This document shows, in pieces, positions 48,544 through 62,218 of a DNA stretch of 64,000 bases. Position numbers and translations under genes: made by a program. The notes beneath the pieces are model-generated. The model had not been told where the DNA came from and did not search any database. It worked only from the letters and a program-made list of their open reading frames with translations. The DNA comes from Selaginella moellendorffii (Eukaryota > Plantae > Lycopodiophyta): NCBI RefSeq assembly GCF_000143415.4, contig NW_003314383.1, positions 62,001 through 126,000 on the forward strand, written 5' to 3'. How positions within the stretch are numbered: position 1 is the first letter of the stretch; every line of letters starts with the position of its first letter.

Positions 48544-49525
48544 ATGAAGCTCGTGAGCATCAAGAGCTTGGCCAACGCGCACGGCGATGGAGTGTGGGCG
48601 GTGGCGTGGGCAGCAGCAACCGGCGATCGTCCAGCAGTGCTGCTCACGGGGTCGGCGGACGAGAGCGTCAAGGTGTGGAAGGGCGACGAGCTGGAGCTGG
48701 AGCGGACCAACAGCGGCAACTCGCTAGGTGTGGTGGCGGTGGCGGCGAGCCCAGATGGGAGGGTGGCGGCATGCACGTCCCTGGACAGTGTGGTGCGCAT
48801 CTTCGACGTGGACTCCAACAGCACGCTGGCGACGCTGGAGAGCAAGCCCGCCGAGGCGTGGCAAATGCAGTTCCATCCCAAGGTGAGGGAGGCGTGGGCA
48901 TTTAGCGATGGGCATTTTCATGGATTGGTGTGGCACCCAGGGGGAGCTGCTGGCGGTGGCTGGCGGAGGGAGCGGCTGCGTCAACATCTGGAAGGCGAGC
49001 AGCGGGAGCCGGGAGACGAGCCTCAAGGCGGAGAGCGTGGACAAGGTCGGGGGTGGCAAGTTCGTGCTGTCGGTTGCATGGAGCCCGGATGGCAAGCTGC
49101 TGGCGTGCAGCTCCATGGACGGCACCATCGCCGTGTTCGACGTGGCCCGGGGCAAGATGCTGCACACGCTCGACGGCCACTCGATGCCGGTGCGCTGCCT
49201 CGCCTTCTCGCCGGTGGAGCCGCGCTACCTCTTCACCGCCTGCGACGACAAGCACGTCCACATGTATGATGCCGAGGGGCGGAGCCTGGTGAGCGCCATG
49301 TCGGGCCACGCGAGCTGGGTGCTGAGCGTGGCGGGGAGCCCAGACGGCGCCGCGCTCGCCTCCGCCTCGAGCGACCGGACGGTCCGCCTCTGGGACCTCA
49401 AGACGAGGAGCTGCGTTCAGAGCCTGACGGAGCACAAAGATCAGGTGTGGGGCGTTGCCTTCCGCCCCGGCAGGCTGGCCACCGTCGCGGACGACCGGAG
49501 CATTTGCCTCTACGACTACGCCTGA
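48544..49525 (+). CDS. VIP3: WD40 protein VIP3/SKI8/WDR61 (intron 48882-48940)
   Basis: MKLVSIKSLANAHGDGVWAVAW, KFVLSVAWSPDG, GHSMPVR, GHASWVLSV and HKDQVWGV. Confidence 0.93.
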
Positions 49526-50244
49526 CGTGGAGTATACCGTGGAGACATGGAGGACGGGACGGGGCGGCGCGGACGAGAGAGGAGACTGTCTCAAAGCAAC
49601 ACAAAATGGCAAACTAGACATTTTAAGTGGCATATGAGTCATGAGCACAAGGAACAGTGGGCATTACAGGGAGGCTCTGCCACATTGCACATGCCTCCTC
49701 TTATTCTTGTCCCGCCATCTATTCATCACATTACACTTCCTATGGTATATATGTATGTATGTATACGCATTTGCCTCTTTTGGTTGGTTGGTTGTTTTGT
49801 TGCGTTGCTTGCTTGCCTCCTTTCCAAATGCCTCTTTTTAAGCCCCCCCTTTGGTCTTGGCTTTGGTCCTTGCCTAGCGGCAACTGGCAAACAAAGAAAA
49901 GACCCAACCAAAACGCTCAAACACCCCCAATTCCAGAGCCAGCTCAACCACAGCTATCTCAAGCTTAGCCAAGGGTCATAGGTAGCTACACCCACCACCA
50001 AAACATCTCATCCCATTTCATATCTCATCTCATCTCAGCTCAGCTATGATTCTATGTAAGACATGGTTTTAGCACTAAGGTGGTGTTGGTGTTGTTTAGC
50101 CTAGGTAGAACGTGAGTGTGAGTGTGTGTGTGGGGCGGGGGCACGGTGGCGTTTGTTTTTCTCTCTCACGAGTCATCACACTGCCCAGGACTGGCTGGAC
50201 CTCTGCGCTGAGCCCTGCCGAGCGCTGTGCCTGGAATACGAGTG

Positions 50245-50328
50245 TGAGAGAGAGAGAGAGAGAGGGCGGATTCGTTGACTGGGGAGTGAGAGTTTGACGA
50301 GGAGAGAGAGAGAGAGAGAGAGAGAGAG
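50245..50328 (+). repeat. (GA)n microsatellites in the GSK3 5' region. Similar tracts at ~31417-31442 and ~34030-34047
   Basis: Visible GA dinucleotide runs. Confidence 0.9.
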
Positions 50329-50413
50329 GTGTGTCGAGGGAGGCGATGGCGCGGCGCGAGGAGATTGAGGAGGAGAAGGAGAATGGGGGCAGCCATTTGT
50401 TGCGGCCACGGAT

Positions 50414-52635
50414 ATGATGCAGCGGCTGAGGAACTTAGCGTCTGGTTGGTCCTCCACGGCTGACACGGTAAGCCCCAAATCCGCCATTTACCCCCTTCCT
50501 AGCAAGCGCCACCACCAGCGCCATTCCAGCCACTGATTCGTTGCTCCTCTTGCCATGGCAGCAGCTTGGTGGAGCTGGTACCAAGAGGGCAAAGGTAGAA
50601 CAAGGCGAGGAGCAAGGCATGGCGTCCTCGGTTAGCGCGGCCGGCTTGATAGCGAATCCCAGAGCTGCCACCGTCAACAGCAACGTTGTGGACCAGCTCC
50701 CGGACGAGATGCACGAGATGAAGATCAGGGATGACAAGGCCGCCACACACATTGATGAAAAGGTTTTGTAGATTGGCAATAACGCTCTCTCATTTCTGGT
50801 GATACTTATGGAAAGTCGGGTTGATTCGATGCAGGAGGTGGAGGCGGCGGTGATTGACGGCAATGGTACCGAGACCGGACACATCATTGCCACCACAATA
50901 GGAGGTCGGAATGGCCAACCTAAACAGGTTTGCGCTCCTCCCTTTCTCCTACATTCACCTCTCTTTCCTCACTCGTCTTTCTATCTTCTTCTTGTGTGGC
51001 AGACAATCAGCTATGTCGCGGAACGGGTTGTGGGAACGGGCTCCTTTGGAATCGTTTTCCAGGTATTGCTAGTCCAAACAGTGCAACAAAAGCAGGCTTT
51101 ATCGTTTCTTCTTTCTCTTTGGGAATGCAGGCCAAGTGCTTGGAAACCGGAGAAACCGTGGCTATCAAAAAGGTCCTCCAAGACAAGCGGTACAAGAACC
51201 GAGAGCTCCAGATAATGCGCCTCCTCGACCACCCCAGCATTGTCTCCCTCAAGCACTGCTTCTTTTCCACCACCGATAAAGACGAGCTCTACCTCAACCT
51301 CGTCCTCGAGTACGTGCCCGAGACCGTCTACCGGATTGCAAAGCACTACAACAGGATGAACCAACGCATGCCGCTGCTGTACGTGAAGCTCTACACCTAC
51401 CAGGTAACCACACACCCCGCAACAATGAAAGTAGAGACAAGAAATGTGGTTGGCATGGGACTGACATTTGTGTTCACGGAATCTAGATCTGCAGAGCATT
51501 GACGTACATTCACGGTGGCATGGGTGTCTGTCATCGAGACATTAAGCCGCAAAATCTTCTGGTAAACCCTCCTTGTGCTTTCGAGTCCTGGAATTCTTAT
51601 GCTTTTCTTTTGCTGGATTTCATCAGGTAAATCCACACACACACCAGCTCAAGCTCTGTGACTTTGGGAGTGCTAAAGTCTTGGTGGGTGCTTACAAATA
51701 GGATCCTTGGAATTCAGCAGCTGATTTGCGTTTCCTGCTTTTCCTGGCAAAACAACAGGTGAAGGGAGAGCCCAACATATCGTATATCTGTTCCCGTTAC
51801 TACCGTGCTCCGGAACTTATATTTGGTGCAACTGACTACACAACAGCCATCGACATCTGGTCGACTGGATGCGTTCTGGCTGAGTTACTTCTTGGTCAGG
51901 TTGTATACCTCGTCCTTGCAACTCTTCCATTATGCCACTCACCGTCTCATCAATCATTTCCACTGTGCAGCCTTTGTTCCCAGGAGAGAGCGGCGTGGAT
52001 CAGCTAGTGGAGATTATAAAGGTACGCATGCATTCTTGCTCTTTTTTTTCTGTTTTTTTTGCGAGTCGCTCTTGCTCAAGACTTGCTTTTGCAGGTCTTA
52101 GGTACTCCTACTCGCGAGGAAATCAAATGCATGAATCCAAACTACACGGAGTTTAAGTTCCCTCAGATTAAAGCGCATCCCTGGCACAAGGTAAGAGCAA
52201 TCATCCGGTATATCTCTCTCTCTGTCTCTCTTGATGTGGCTCGTTGACAGGTTTTCCACAAGCGGATGCCTCCTGAAGCAGTGGACTTGGTGTCGAGGCT
52301 GCTTCAGTATTCCCCCAGCCTCCGATGCAATGCCGTAAGTTGTCGCGTTCTCGTTGAGCGCTGGTTCATTTATCTTTAAATTTTTCACAGCTGGAGGCAC
52401 TTGTCCATCCGTTTTTTGATGAGCTCCGAGACCCGAGCACAAGGCTACCCAATGGACGACCGTTGCCAGCCTTGTTCAACTTCAAACCACTTGGTAAATT
52501 GTTGTTGTGTGTCCCAAATTCTCCTGTGACTGAATGCTACTTAACGATCCAGAGTTGAAGGGCGCATCGCAAGAACTGCTTGAACGACTCATACCCGAAC
52601 ACGCGAGAAAGCAGGTTCCTTTTCTAGCGCTGTAG
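50414..52635 (+). CDS. GSK3/Shaggy-like kinase, multi-exon
   Basis: [44 protein letters not shown] and TREE. The N-terminal exon [11 protein letters not shown]...KRAK resembles group III plant GSK3s. An alternative ATG lies at 50619. Confidence 0.95.
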
Positions 52636-52937
52636 GCCTCGACGATCTGACAAGCAAGCCCTCTTATTTTTCTCGTTAACCTCTCTGGTATGATCTTTGT
52701 ATGTGTACTATGCTGATGCTACAACACTACTACGTACGACGACTGCTTCCCCTAGGTACAATACAATAGAGAGAACTGTGAGTGAGTGTGAGGGAGTAAA
52801 GAGATTACTACTATTATGAGTTACTTTCCAATAGGTTGCTAAGCAGAAGCTTGTCAACGAACGATTCGCATGAGATGTATGTTTATACAGAAAGAAGGGT
52901 GTGGCTTTTCGACAAAAAATTGCGACAAAGTTGCTGG

Positions 52938-54138
52938 CTAAGAATTGATTGCCCGGCAGTTTTTCCGAATCTGGCCATCCGAGCCAGTCTTCACCTGGAC
53001 CTGTCCCAGTCGCACCATAGCCAGCTGGAAGTTTGCAGAGAAGCTGTTTGCGTTTTGAGCAAAGGCGTTCACCAGCGGCTTTGTCCTTGGATCAGTAAAC
53101 AGCGCCTGGTCCGACGACATGAGGCCCTTCCCCGCCTGCAAGTTGACGAAGTAGGCATTGTCGAAGATGGTGTTGCTCAATACATCCAGGGGCAGCAGCT
53201 TGGTGGCGTCTGGACTGGGAGACGGGCAGCTCGACTCCAACATCTTTCCAAACGTTGGATCCAGCGTCGGATCGCTTCCGTTGGCACTAAAGCGATTCAT
53301 GATCGCTCCACAGTGCGCAAAACCAATGGTATGAGCGCCTACACAGATTAGTGAACACAACTGAGAACATCCACCAAGTCGCGTTTGCTCACCTGAAAGA
53401 ACCACCAGGTCCGACTGAGACAGACCCTTGGCGCTGAAAGATGCTGTCGACTGGTCCACGTTAAAGGATGGATCTGGTAAGTTGGAGGCGACGACGGAAG
53501 CCTGTGAAACAAGACCGTCTCTCCGTCCAGTTGGAACGTCCCAGTGCGGCCCTCCAGACTAGCAAAAAAGAACAGAGATAGAGCAGTCAATCAATGCACT
53601 GCGCTCTGCCCGTGGCCAGTAAACAAAAGAGCAAAGAGGCTATCAACTTACAAAGAATATGGCATCCCTGGCCGCCAATGCTACTACATCTGCGCATGAC
53701 ACAGTTCCGGGGCACACAGCTTCCAGCGTGTTCTTGGCGGCATCAATCACCTCGTAGCCACCCACGGTTGCGCTCGCCCGGCTATCTTTCTCCGCAGTGT
53801 TGTTTGGAGTTGAGTCGAGCAAGATTGAGGCGTCACACCCCTGTGGCACAAAACGCAGGCATGAGTAGCGACATCAGATGCAGCTCGAGCTCTAGCTTCA
53901 AACTTACTTGCACGAAGCAGTCGTGGAAGAAGAGCCGAACTAGACGCGATGCGAGCGGGCGATTACTTTGGATCGCCATCATCACGGATTGTTGCACAAT
54001 GCTCTCGGCTCTCGGGCAGGAGCTGTCATAGAATCCAACGAGCAGCTGCGCTTGAATGCATACAGCAGAGAGTTGGAGAACCAGGACGAAAAGAGGCTCC
54101 AGCATTCTTGAGCTTGGCGCGCGCAGGCGAGGCGGCAT
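52938..54138 (-). CDS. Class III peroxidase
   Basis: RLFFHDCFVQGCDASILLD, VSCADVVALAARD, GAHTIG and FDNAYF. Three introns. Confidence 0.96.
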
Positions 54139-54640
54139 TGTGCCGTGTAGGAGATTACTACGACAGGGTTGTGGAAGGTTTTAGCACCTGAAGCCCATGA
54201 CAGAAGTAGTGCCGCGTTTTCGCCACATAAGTCCAAGCCGCAGCTGCATAGTGTGAGCGAGTAAAGTCGAGAACCCAAGCACTGACTGTCTCTCTCTGCA
54301 ACAAAACAACAAGAGGAGAGAAAATCGGTGAGTTGAATTGAGAAGCCAAACACTGGTATATCATACTCGCCCGACCACAAATTCTTGTAACGACCGAATT
54401 GCATTGAATGCCGCATTCGCCATCACACTTGCTCGTTCTTCTTCCTTCCCAGCCTGTAGAAAAGAAAGACAGAAAATAAAAAGAAAAGAGAAAACAAGGC
54501 CGCCAGCTGCTGATGTGTTTCGGCACGGCAAGCACCGTGCTCTTTCACCCATTATAACTCCGCGTACCTTAATTTCTGGCTGTCAGCCATGGTAGCGTAG
54601 TGTTTGTAGACGCAGTATCATCTTGTTTTCGTGATAGATT

Positions 54641-56738
54641 TCACAGACCAATAGCATCCAGGAGCTGCGTGTGCTTATCTACAGATACCAGAGAGTTTGC
54701 AGTGAGCATGCCACTGGCAGCTACAGCAGGAACTCCGATTCCTGGAAACACCGAGTCTCCGCAGCAAAAAAGATTCTTGATTGGAGTCTCGGGACCAGGG
54801 AACGTGTCCTTGCCTGCTCGGATAGCAGGTCCATAAGTACCACGATGCCTGCGTAAGAAACGCTCGTGTGTCAATGGTGTCCCGACGAGCTTCACATCGC
54901 AGCTGTCTGCTGAGAATCCGGTCCCGAGCGCTCGCTGCACAGCTTTCCACATGACCTGAACAAAGCAACCAGTCAAGGAAATCACGAACGAGAAAAGAAA
55001 GACGAACCTGAGACCGTTCTTCTTTGAGCTGTTTGTATGCAGCAGACTGGCGATCAAGGCCTTTCCAGAGGTGATAAGGCTCCGTTCCTGGCGTGTATGC
55101 GTGCAGGACGTGCTTTCCAGGGGGTGCGAGATTGGGACTGAGAGCACTTGGCATGGAAATCAAAACAACATTTTGTGGTGCGTCCACCCCTTGCTCCCAG
55201 CTATCAACCACTATATGATGGATTCCAAGATCAGCAGGTAGGTCCTAAATGGTTAGCTGATAGATAGTACTTTGTTCCTGGAGAAAGAGAAATGCCCACC
55301 TTTGCTTCCACACCGAGATGCAAGTGCATAAAGGAATCGCACTGTGGAGTTTCAGTTGCACGCTTTTGATATTCTTGTGGAACCTCCTTTGGAGGGAGCA
55401 ACGCCACCGTATTCCATATTGACGCATTGCTTATGACCGCTTTGCGTGCAACAACAACCTGCATTATATGGAAGGATCAGGATCTGTGGCTTGACATCTT
55501 TCGAGTACCTGGCCATTTCTCAGCTTTACCCCCTTCGCACGGCCATTTTCAACCAGAATTTGCTCAACATGACACCCCAAGGAAAGCTGTCCGTTGTGTT
55601 TCTCGAGGCCGCGTACAAGAGCGTCGATAATTGCCTCAGTCCCTCCATGAGGATACTCCAGCATGCATCCAGGCTTATACCATTCGGAAAACATGTAGAC
55701 CTGTTTGTACGAGTTCAAAGTTAGACAAGTAGCTCAACTGACGACAAGAAGCGAGCTCACCACTTCGGCGGCAAGTGTGCCATCAGCCTTAAGGCCCGAA
55801 AGAAGGAAAGGCAGCAAATCCAGCCAGTTGCGAAGGAAAGGATCCTTAATCTCCAGTGCGTCGAGAATCTCCGAAAAAGGTCCCAGAAGCCTCGGCGCAT
55901 TCAAAGCTCCTTTGAATCCCATTCGCATGAAGGATGAGATGAGCTGTGGGGAATAACGTCCCAGAACGGTAAAAAGAGCGCCCCAGTCACCTCGAAGAGC
56001 TGCTGGTGGCAGGGCCATGGCAGCTTCAGAGAGTCCCAGCACAGTTTCCTGAATTTTGATCAAGTGTCAGTCAGTGGCAAGTGAGTTTCTCAACACTTCA
56101 CTTGAAGTCTCTTCCATTCTGCTACAGCATTCGAGCCACCATACTTTTCCAACACCTGGTACACAGATACTAACAGACGGAGAGTTATTTTCCAGAGCAA
56201 AAGCTTGCAAGCTTGTGCAAATACTTAGTACCTGTGGAAAATGGGATGGACCAATCTCGGACAAGAAGCTGCCTTGCGGAAGATGAACCATCCAGGAATC
56301 ATACTTTGCGCACTCGACACGCTCACCCAAGGCATCCAGTACCTGGAGAAGATACAACAAAGTTAGTTTATAGCTCGTAGTATATGATACTTTGACCTGA
56401 GCAAGGGGATTGGCTTGAGGACCCTTGGACGAGAGACCCGAGAAGAGCGAAGGCCCCGAATCGAAACGATAGCCTCCGATTTGGAAGGAATGCGCGGCTC
56501 CTCCAGCAAGGGTATGACTCTCCAGGACGACGACGTCTTCGCCATACCTGGCAAGCAAGCCGCCACAGCTCAAGCCGCCAATCCCACTCCCAATCACCAC
56601 ATAATCCGCCCCCGCCTTGCCTGGAAATCAAATGTAGGCGTAGGAGGAGCGAGCAAGCGAGCATTTCTCCAGCTTACCTCTGAGGCCCTTTCGATCGATG
56701 GTGTGAACGACGCTCGGGGCTGAGACGAGGCTGGCCAT
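54641..56738 (-). CDS. CRTISO-like FAD-dependent oxidoreductase (carotenoid isomerase family). Start approximate
   Basis: VIGSGIGGL (Rossmann), FDSGPSLFSG, SFMHLHLG, GTPLTHERFL and CGDSVFPGIGVPAVAASG. Confidence 0.9.
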
Positions 56739-56853
56739 CCAATCCAAATGCCCTAAACTCCCATCTAAGAAAGAGATCATGCTTGTGGAATACAATATAG
56801 CGATGCCTTGTGTGCACTACCTATCATCAGGAATCACTGGTCGACTGATCCCA

Positions 56854-58095
56854 ATGCCTTGGTTCTCGGCAGCGATGATAGTTGTGATACTGACAGCAAT
56901 TTTGGAGCTTGGAGTGGTCCAGAGCAGCACCGTGGTGGGATACTACTCACACTCTTGCCCGGCGGCCGAGAAGATTGTGAGCCAGGTTGTGGCGGAGCAA
57001 TTCGCAACCAGGCCGCTCGTCGCTGCCGGTATACTTCGACTCTACTTCCACGACTGCTTCGTAGAGGTAGCGCGCGAAAGTGGTAAAATCCTGTTCTTAC
57101 ATTTCTGTGTGTATCAAAGGGATGCGATGGATCCATTCTTCTCGACGCATCGCCCGACGGCACACCGCCTGAGAAGCGGAGCCTGGCAAACAATAACACA
57201 GCCACTGGATTCGAGCTCGTCGACGCGGCCAAGAGACGCATCGAGGCGGTCTGTCCGGGTACCGTATCGTGCGCTGACATTCTCGCTCTGGCCGCCAGAG
57301 ACTCCGTCGCAATAGTAAGTGCCTGGATCATCATGGTCGAATAAGCTCTTCACAGGTTCTTGATGATTGTTGCTCGGTGATATAGTCGGGGGGACCTCGC
57401 TGGGAGGAGCCAACTGGACGCTACGATGGAAGGGTGTCTCTGGCGTCCAATGCTGATGGCAGCATTCCTGGGCCTTCCTTCAACCTCACTCGCCTCATCC
57501 AATCCTTCGCAAACAAGACACTCGATTCCAGGGACCTTGTCACACTCTCGGGTACGATCAGATGCATGAAGATAACATAACCCATGTCGAAACAATCAAT
57601 GCAGGAGGCCACACGATCGGTCGATCCCATTGCGCCAACTTCCAAATCCGTCTCTACAATTTCTCTGGAACCGGGCTACCGGACCCGGCGTTGAATCCCG
57701 CCTACGCCGCTGCTTTGAGACGGATCTGCCCAAACACTTCTCCGGCCAGGCGCGCGACACTGTCTCTAGACAGAGGCAGCGAGATCCCCTTCGACAACTC
57801 GTACTTTGTGCAGCTCCTGGCTGGCAACGGGCTTCTCAGGAGCGACGAGGAGCTGCTGCTGGATGGATCCATGCGGGGCCTCATCAGTGCTTTCGCCGCA
57901 AACCAGCGACTCTTTTTCCGCGAGTTTGCCAAGGCTATGGTGAAGTTGGGAGGGATTGGTGTCAAGGATTCCATCCAGGGCGAGATCAGGCTGCATTGCC
58001 GGCGCGTGAATAGAAGAAACTCTGGATCATCCCCGCGAGTTCCCACGCCACCAGCTCCAATAATGCGCTCCAGAGCTCCGCCACCTCCGTACTAG
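56854..58095 (+). CDS. Class III peroxidase with Pro-rich C-terminal extension
   Basis: [38 protein letters not shown] and FDNSYF. Confidence 0.96.
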
Positions 58096-58239
58096 TATAA
58101 AGCCTGGTCTGCTAACGCATTTTTAATTAAAGTGGCGATTCTCTCCAAAAGAAGAAGCACTTTCTTCTTCCTTTGATCTAGAGTTTCAATCAGAAGCAAG
58201 CCAAAGAGAATCAAGTTATTGGGGGATCACACCATTTGC

Positions 58240-59461
<1,222 letters not shown>

Positions 59462-60045
59462 CTGTCTCTCTCTCTCTTTCACGCAGTGTTAGAATGGCTT
59501 CTCGAGTTAGATGAGTTTATTTCCTTGGGAAAGCTAAAGGCGAGCAATAGTACAGTAGGCTTTTGACAATGGTAGCACCCTTCTTTTGCCTTTCGCCAAA
59601 GTGAAAAATAAAAATAAAAATGAAAGAGCCAAATCTTTTTCCTTGACTGCGACTGAGGCAGTGCAACGAGCATTTCAGTACGTAGCCAAGTGCCCGACGA
59701 CACAAGCACACAGTTGCTCGCGTGGCCCTCGCAAGCCCGTGTTAGCTGGGACTTTTGCGATCATAGCTTCTCGTTAGAGCTTGTGATTTGTCGCGGAATC
59801 CGTGTCAAAGTGCCTCCGGTATATTATATCTCAGATTTTCTTGGACAAGGAAAGCTACGTTTGTGTGACTGGTCAATCGCCGAGCGGGAGGCTCGTCCCT
59901 ATGAGATTTCTCTTCTTTCTATAGAACAAGATCCGCTTTGATCGCGGAGATATTACTCGAAAGTTCTTCTAGGAAACAATGCCAGTCAGATAAGAAAGAC
60001 GAGACCGACAGCTTACCAAATAAAAGGAGACCACTCTTTCGTTCC

Positions 60046-62154
60046 TCAGCTTTCTGACTTCAACTTGCGAGCACGTTTCTGCTGAGGTGGAGATGGAGGC
60101 GTGTCTGAAAATCTTGCTGGAGCCTGTACCACAGAAAGATACCAGAATTGGCATTCGAATGTAGCGTACGCAACATTTACCTTGCGCTTGTGATCGCGCT
60201 TGCCTATTCGTTCTCCTGAAACATGTTAACCATTACATAAATCAAAAACCAACACAATGGCCACTCACCTGATACAGCAGCAGCACGGTCACCTCCTCGA
60301 AATCCCCTCTGTAACCAGGAAAAATTCACCATATTAACCAACATTAAGAAAAATAAAGAACACCTTCGGGGTATTAGGCGTTGAAACTTCTGGGTGTGTT
60401 TCCCGCATGAATGAAACAGTCGCCTCGTTCCATTGAACCTACAACTCAGCGTCGTTAGAAGATTAAAGAAAAAAGGAGACAATTATATATGAAGCACGCA
60501 CCGCCTTTTGAAGGTTTACTAGATTGAGAACTTCCCTTCTCAATTCCAAATGCTCACGACATATCGATTCGGTAGGAATTTTCGGCTCCAAACGAACCTA
60601 CAAGCATGAAAGTCAAAAGGAATGAAATGCCTGTCCCATTGGATTACCCCAAGTTCATCAAGTAGTATTTGCTCGATACGCTTCACTATCCGTGCTCCAA
60701 CTGACGAAAGCATACTTTGTACCATTTGCCCCAAATTAGGACCTCGAAGAAACACGCGATGCTGCTAGCGAAGTCAAGGTGAGTAGACAAAAAAAGCACA
60801 ATTTAGACAAAAATTACGGACCCCACGAGTAGTAGTAGTGGTAGACGTCGCTGCTGCTGCAGTATCAGTAGAAGGCTGCGTAAGATCTGTTCCAGGGGCA
60901 GAAGGTTGTTCTGCCTGCTCGTCCACCTGTTATGGTTATAGTTCCGGTGTTTAATGCTGAAAGAAAAATGAAATGTAAAAATACGTACTTTACTCAGACG
61001 GGCTTCGGTAATACGCTTAGCCTCCGCGAGTACCTATGCAAGAACACCAGTTAAAAGGAGTAAGAAATGAAGAACACGCATACTTCCGCGTCCTCCCGCT
61101 CCTGTTGCCTCGACTGAGACAATAGCAAGCCAAGGGCGCGCTTGCGTTCCGTTTCATAATTGAAGTTGTATGCGTCCTGAAAGGGCATCCCGAATTCAGC
61201 GTTAGCTCAAGATTTCATGCAGATTTATACCTTCACATGCGGATGGTCAGCCACCTCTTCAGGAGTTGTGGCCCTGGATAATATTATTGCTTTGGACGCT
61301 TCATATCAAAGGAGAAGTGTTAGGAAGTACTGAGAAACACATACGGAGACAAGGGCAACCTGAGTAGTAGCGATCCTTGAGTTCCTCAACAGTACGTGGA
61401 GGAGAGAACCTGTCCGCTATTATAACGAATCGAAGGTCGAATTGCTCGCACATGCTGAACAGAAGGTCTGTTTCTTGTTTCGTCCATTTCTACAAAATAG
61501 AAAAAGAAAAAGAAGAAAAATGTTAAGCACACAAAATGGTCTTAGCACATACCGTATCTGCTAGGTGCTTGTTGTACTCGTCATCTGTATACTTCAAGAC
61601 TGCCACAGACTGTTTGAAGTTTGATTCTCTTAGACGAAACACAAGAAGGCCAAAGAAATTAAAGGCACTCACTCTATTGTACTTCGCGAAAGCGTAATCC
61701 CCGGTCGGCACCACCGAGTCCACGACTCGCACCTAGAAAATAAAAATAAAAAACATGTTTCGAATGCTAAAGTCTTGAATGTACGTGGTCACAGACCCAA
61801 TGTGATAGCTGCAACCCATCCGTGCGTGCCGAATTCGCAAAAGGAAGCCATTGCCACGAAATCTATCGAAAAACAAAATTTTCCAGATGCTATTTTGCAA
61901 GGAAGCTTACCTTTTGAGACGAAGCTTGACGTTGCTTGGTATCCACAGAGGCTATCAGAGGCGGCAGACCTCCAGTGAGAGCATATACCTACATGAATGC
62001 CCGTAATTCAATCCGGAGCTAGAATAGAGCTACTCTTTCTTACCTCCCGGGAGACACGATCGAGCTTCTTGGGCACCGTCTCCTTGGGCGCCCGGACGCG
62101 CTTGTCGCCCACAGGCCCTCCCTTGGGCAGCCCAAGGATGTCCTTGGCGTCCAT
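60046..62154 (-). CDS. SWC4: SWR1/NuA4 complex subunit SWC4 (DMAP1), multi-exon
   Basis: [50 protein letters not shown]-like [12 protein letters not shown]...[10 protein letters not shown] and the C-terminus [10 protein letters not shown]. Confidence 0.93.
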
Positions 62155-62218
62155 TTCCCCCCTGCCCTAAAATCCTCTAGAGATTCTCTTGGTAATGTGA
62201 TGGAATCTTTTTTAAATT

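Noticed and set aside
49547-50330. Short ORFs between VIP3 and GSK3
   Set aside because: Low-complexity UTR or promoter DNA with microsatellites and no coding signal.
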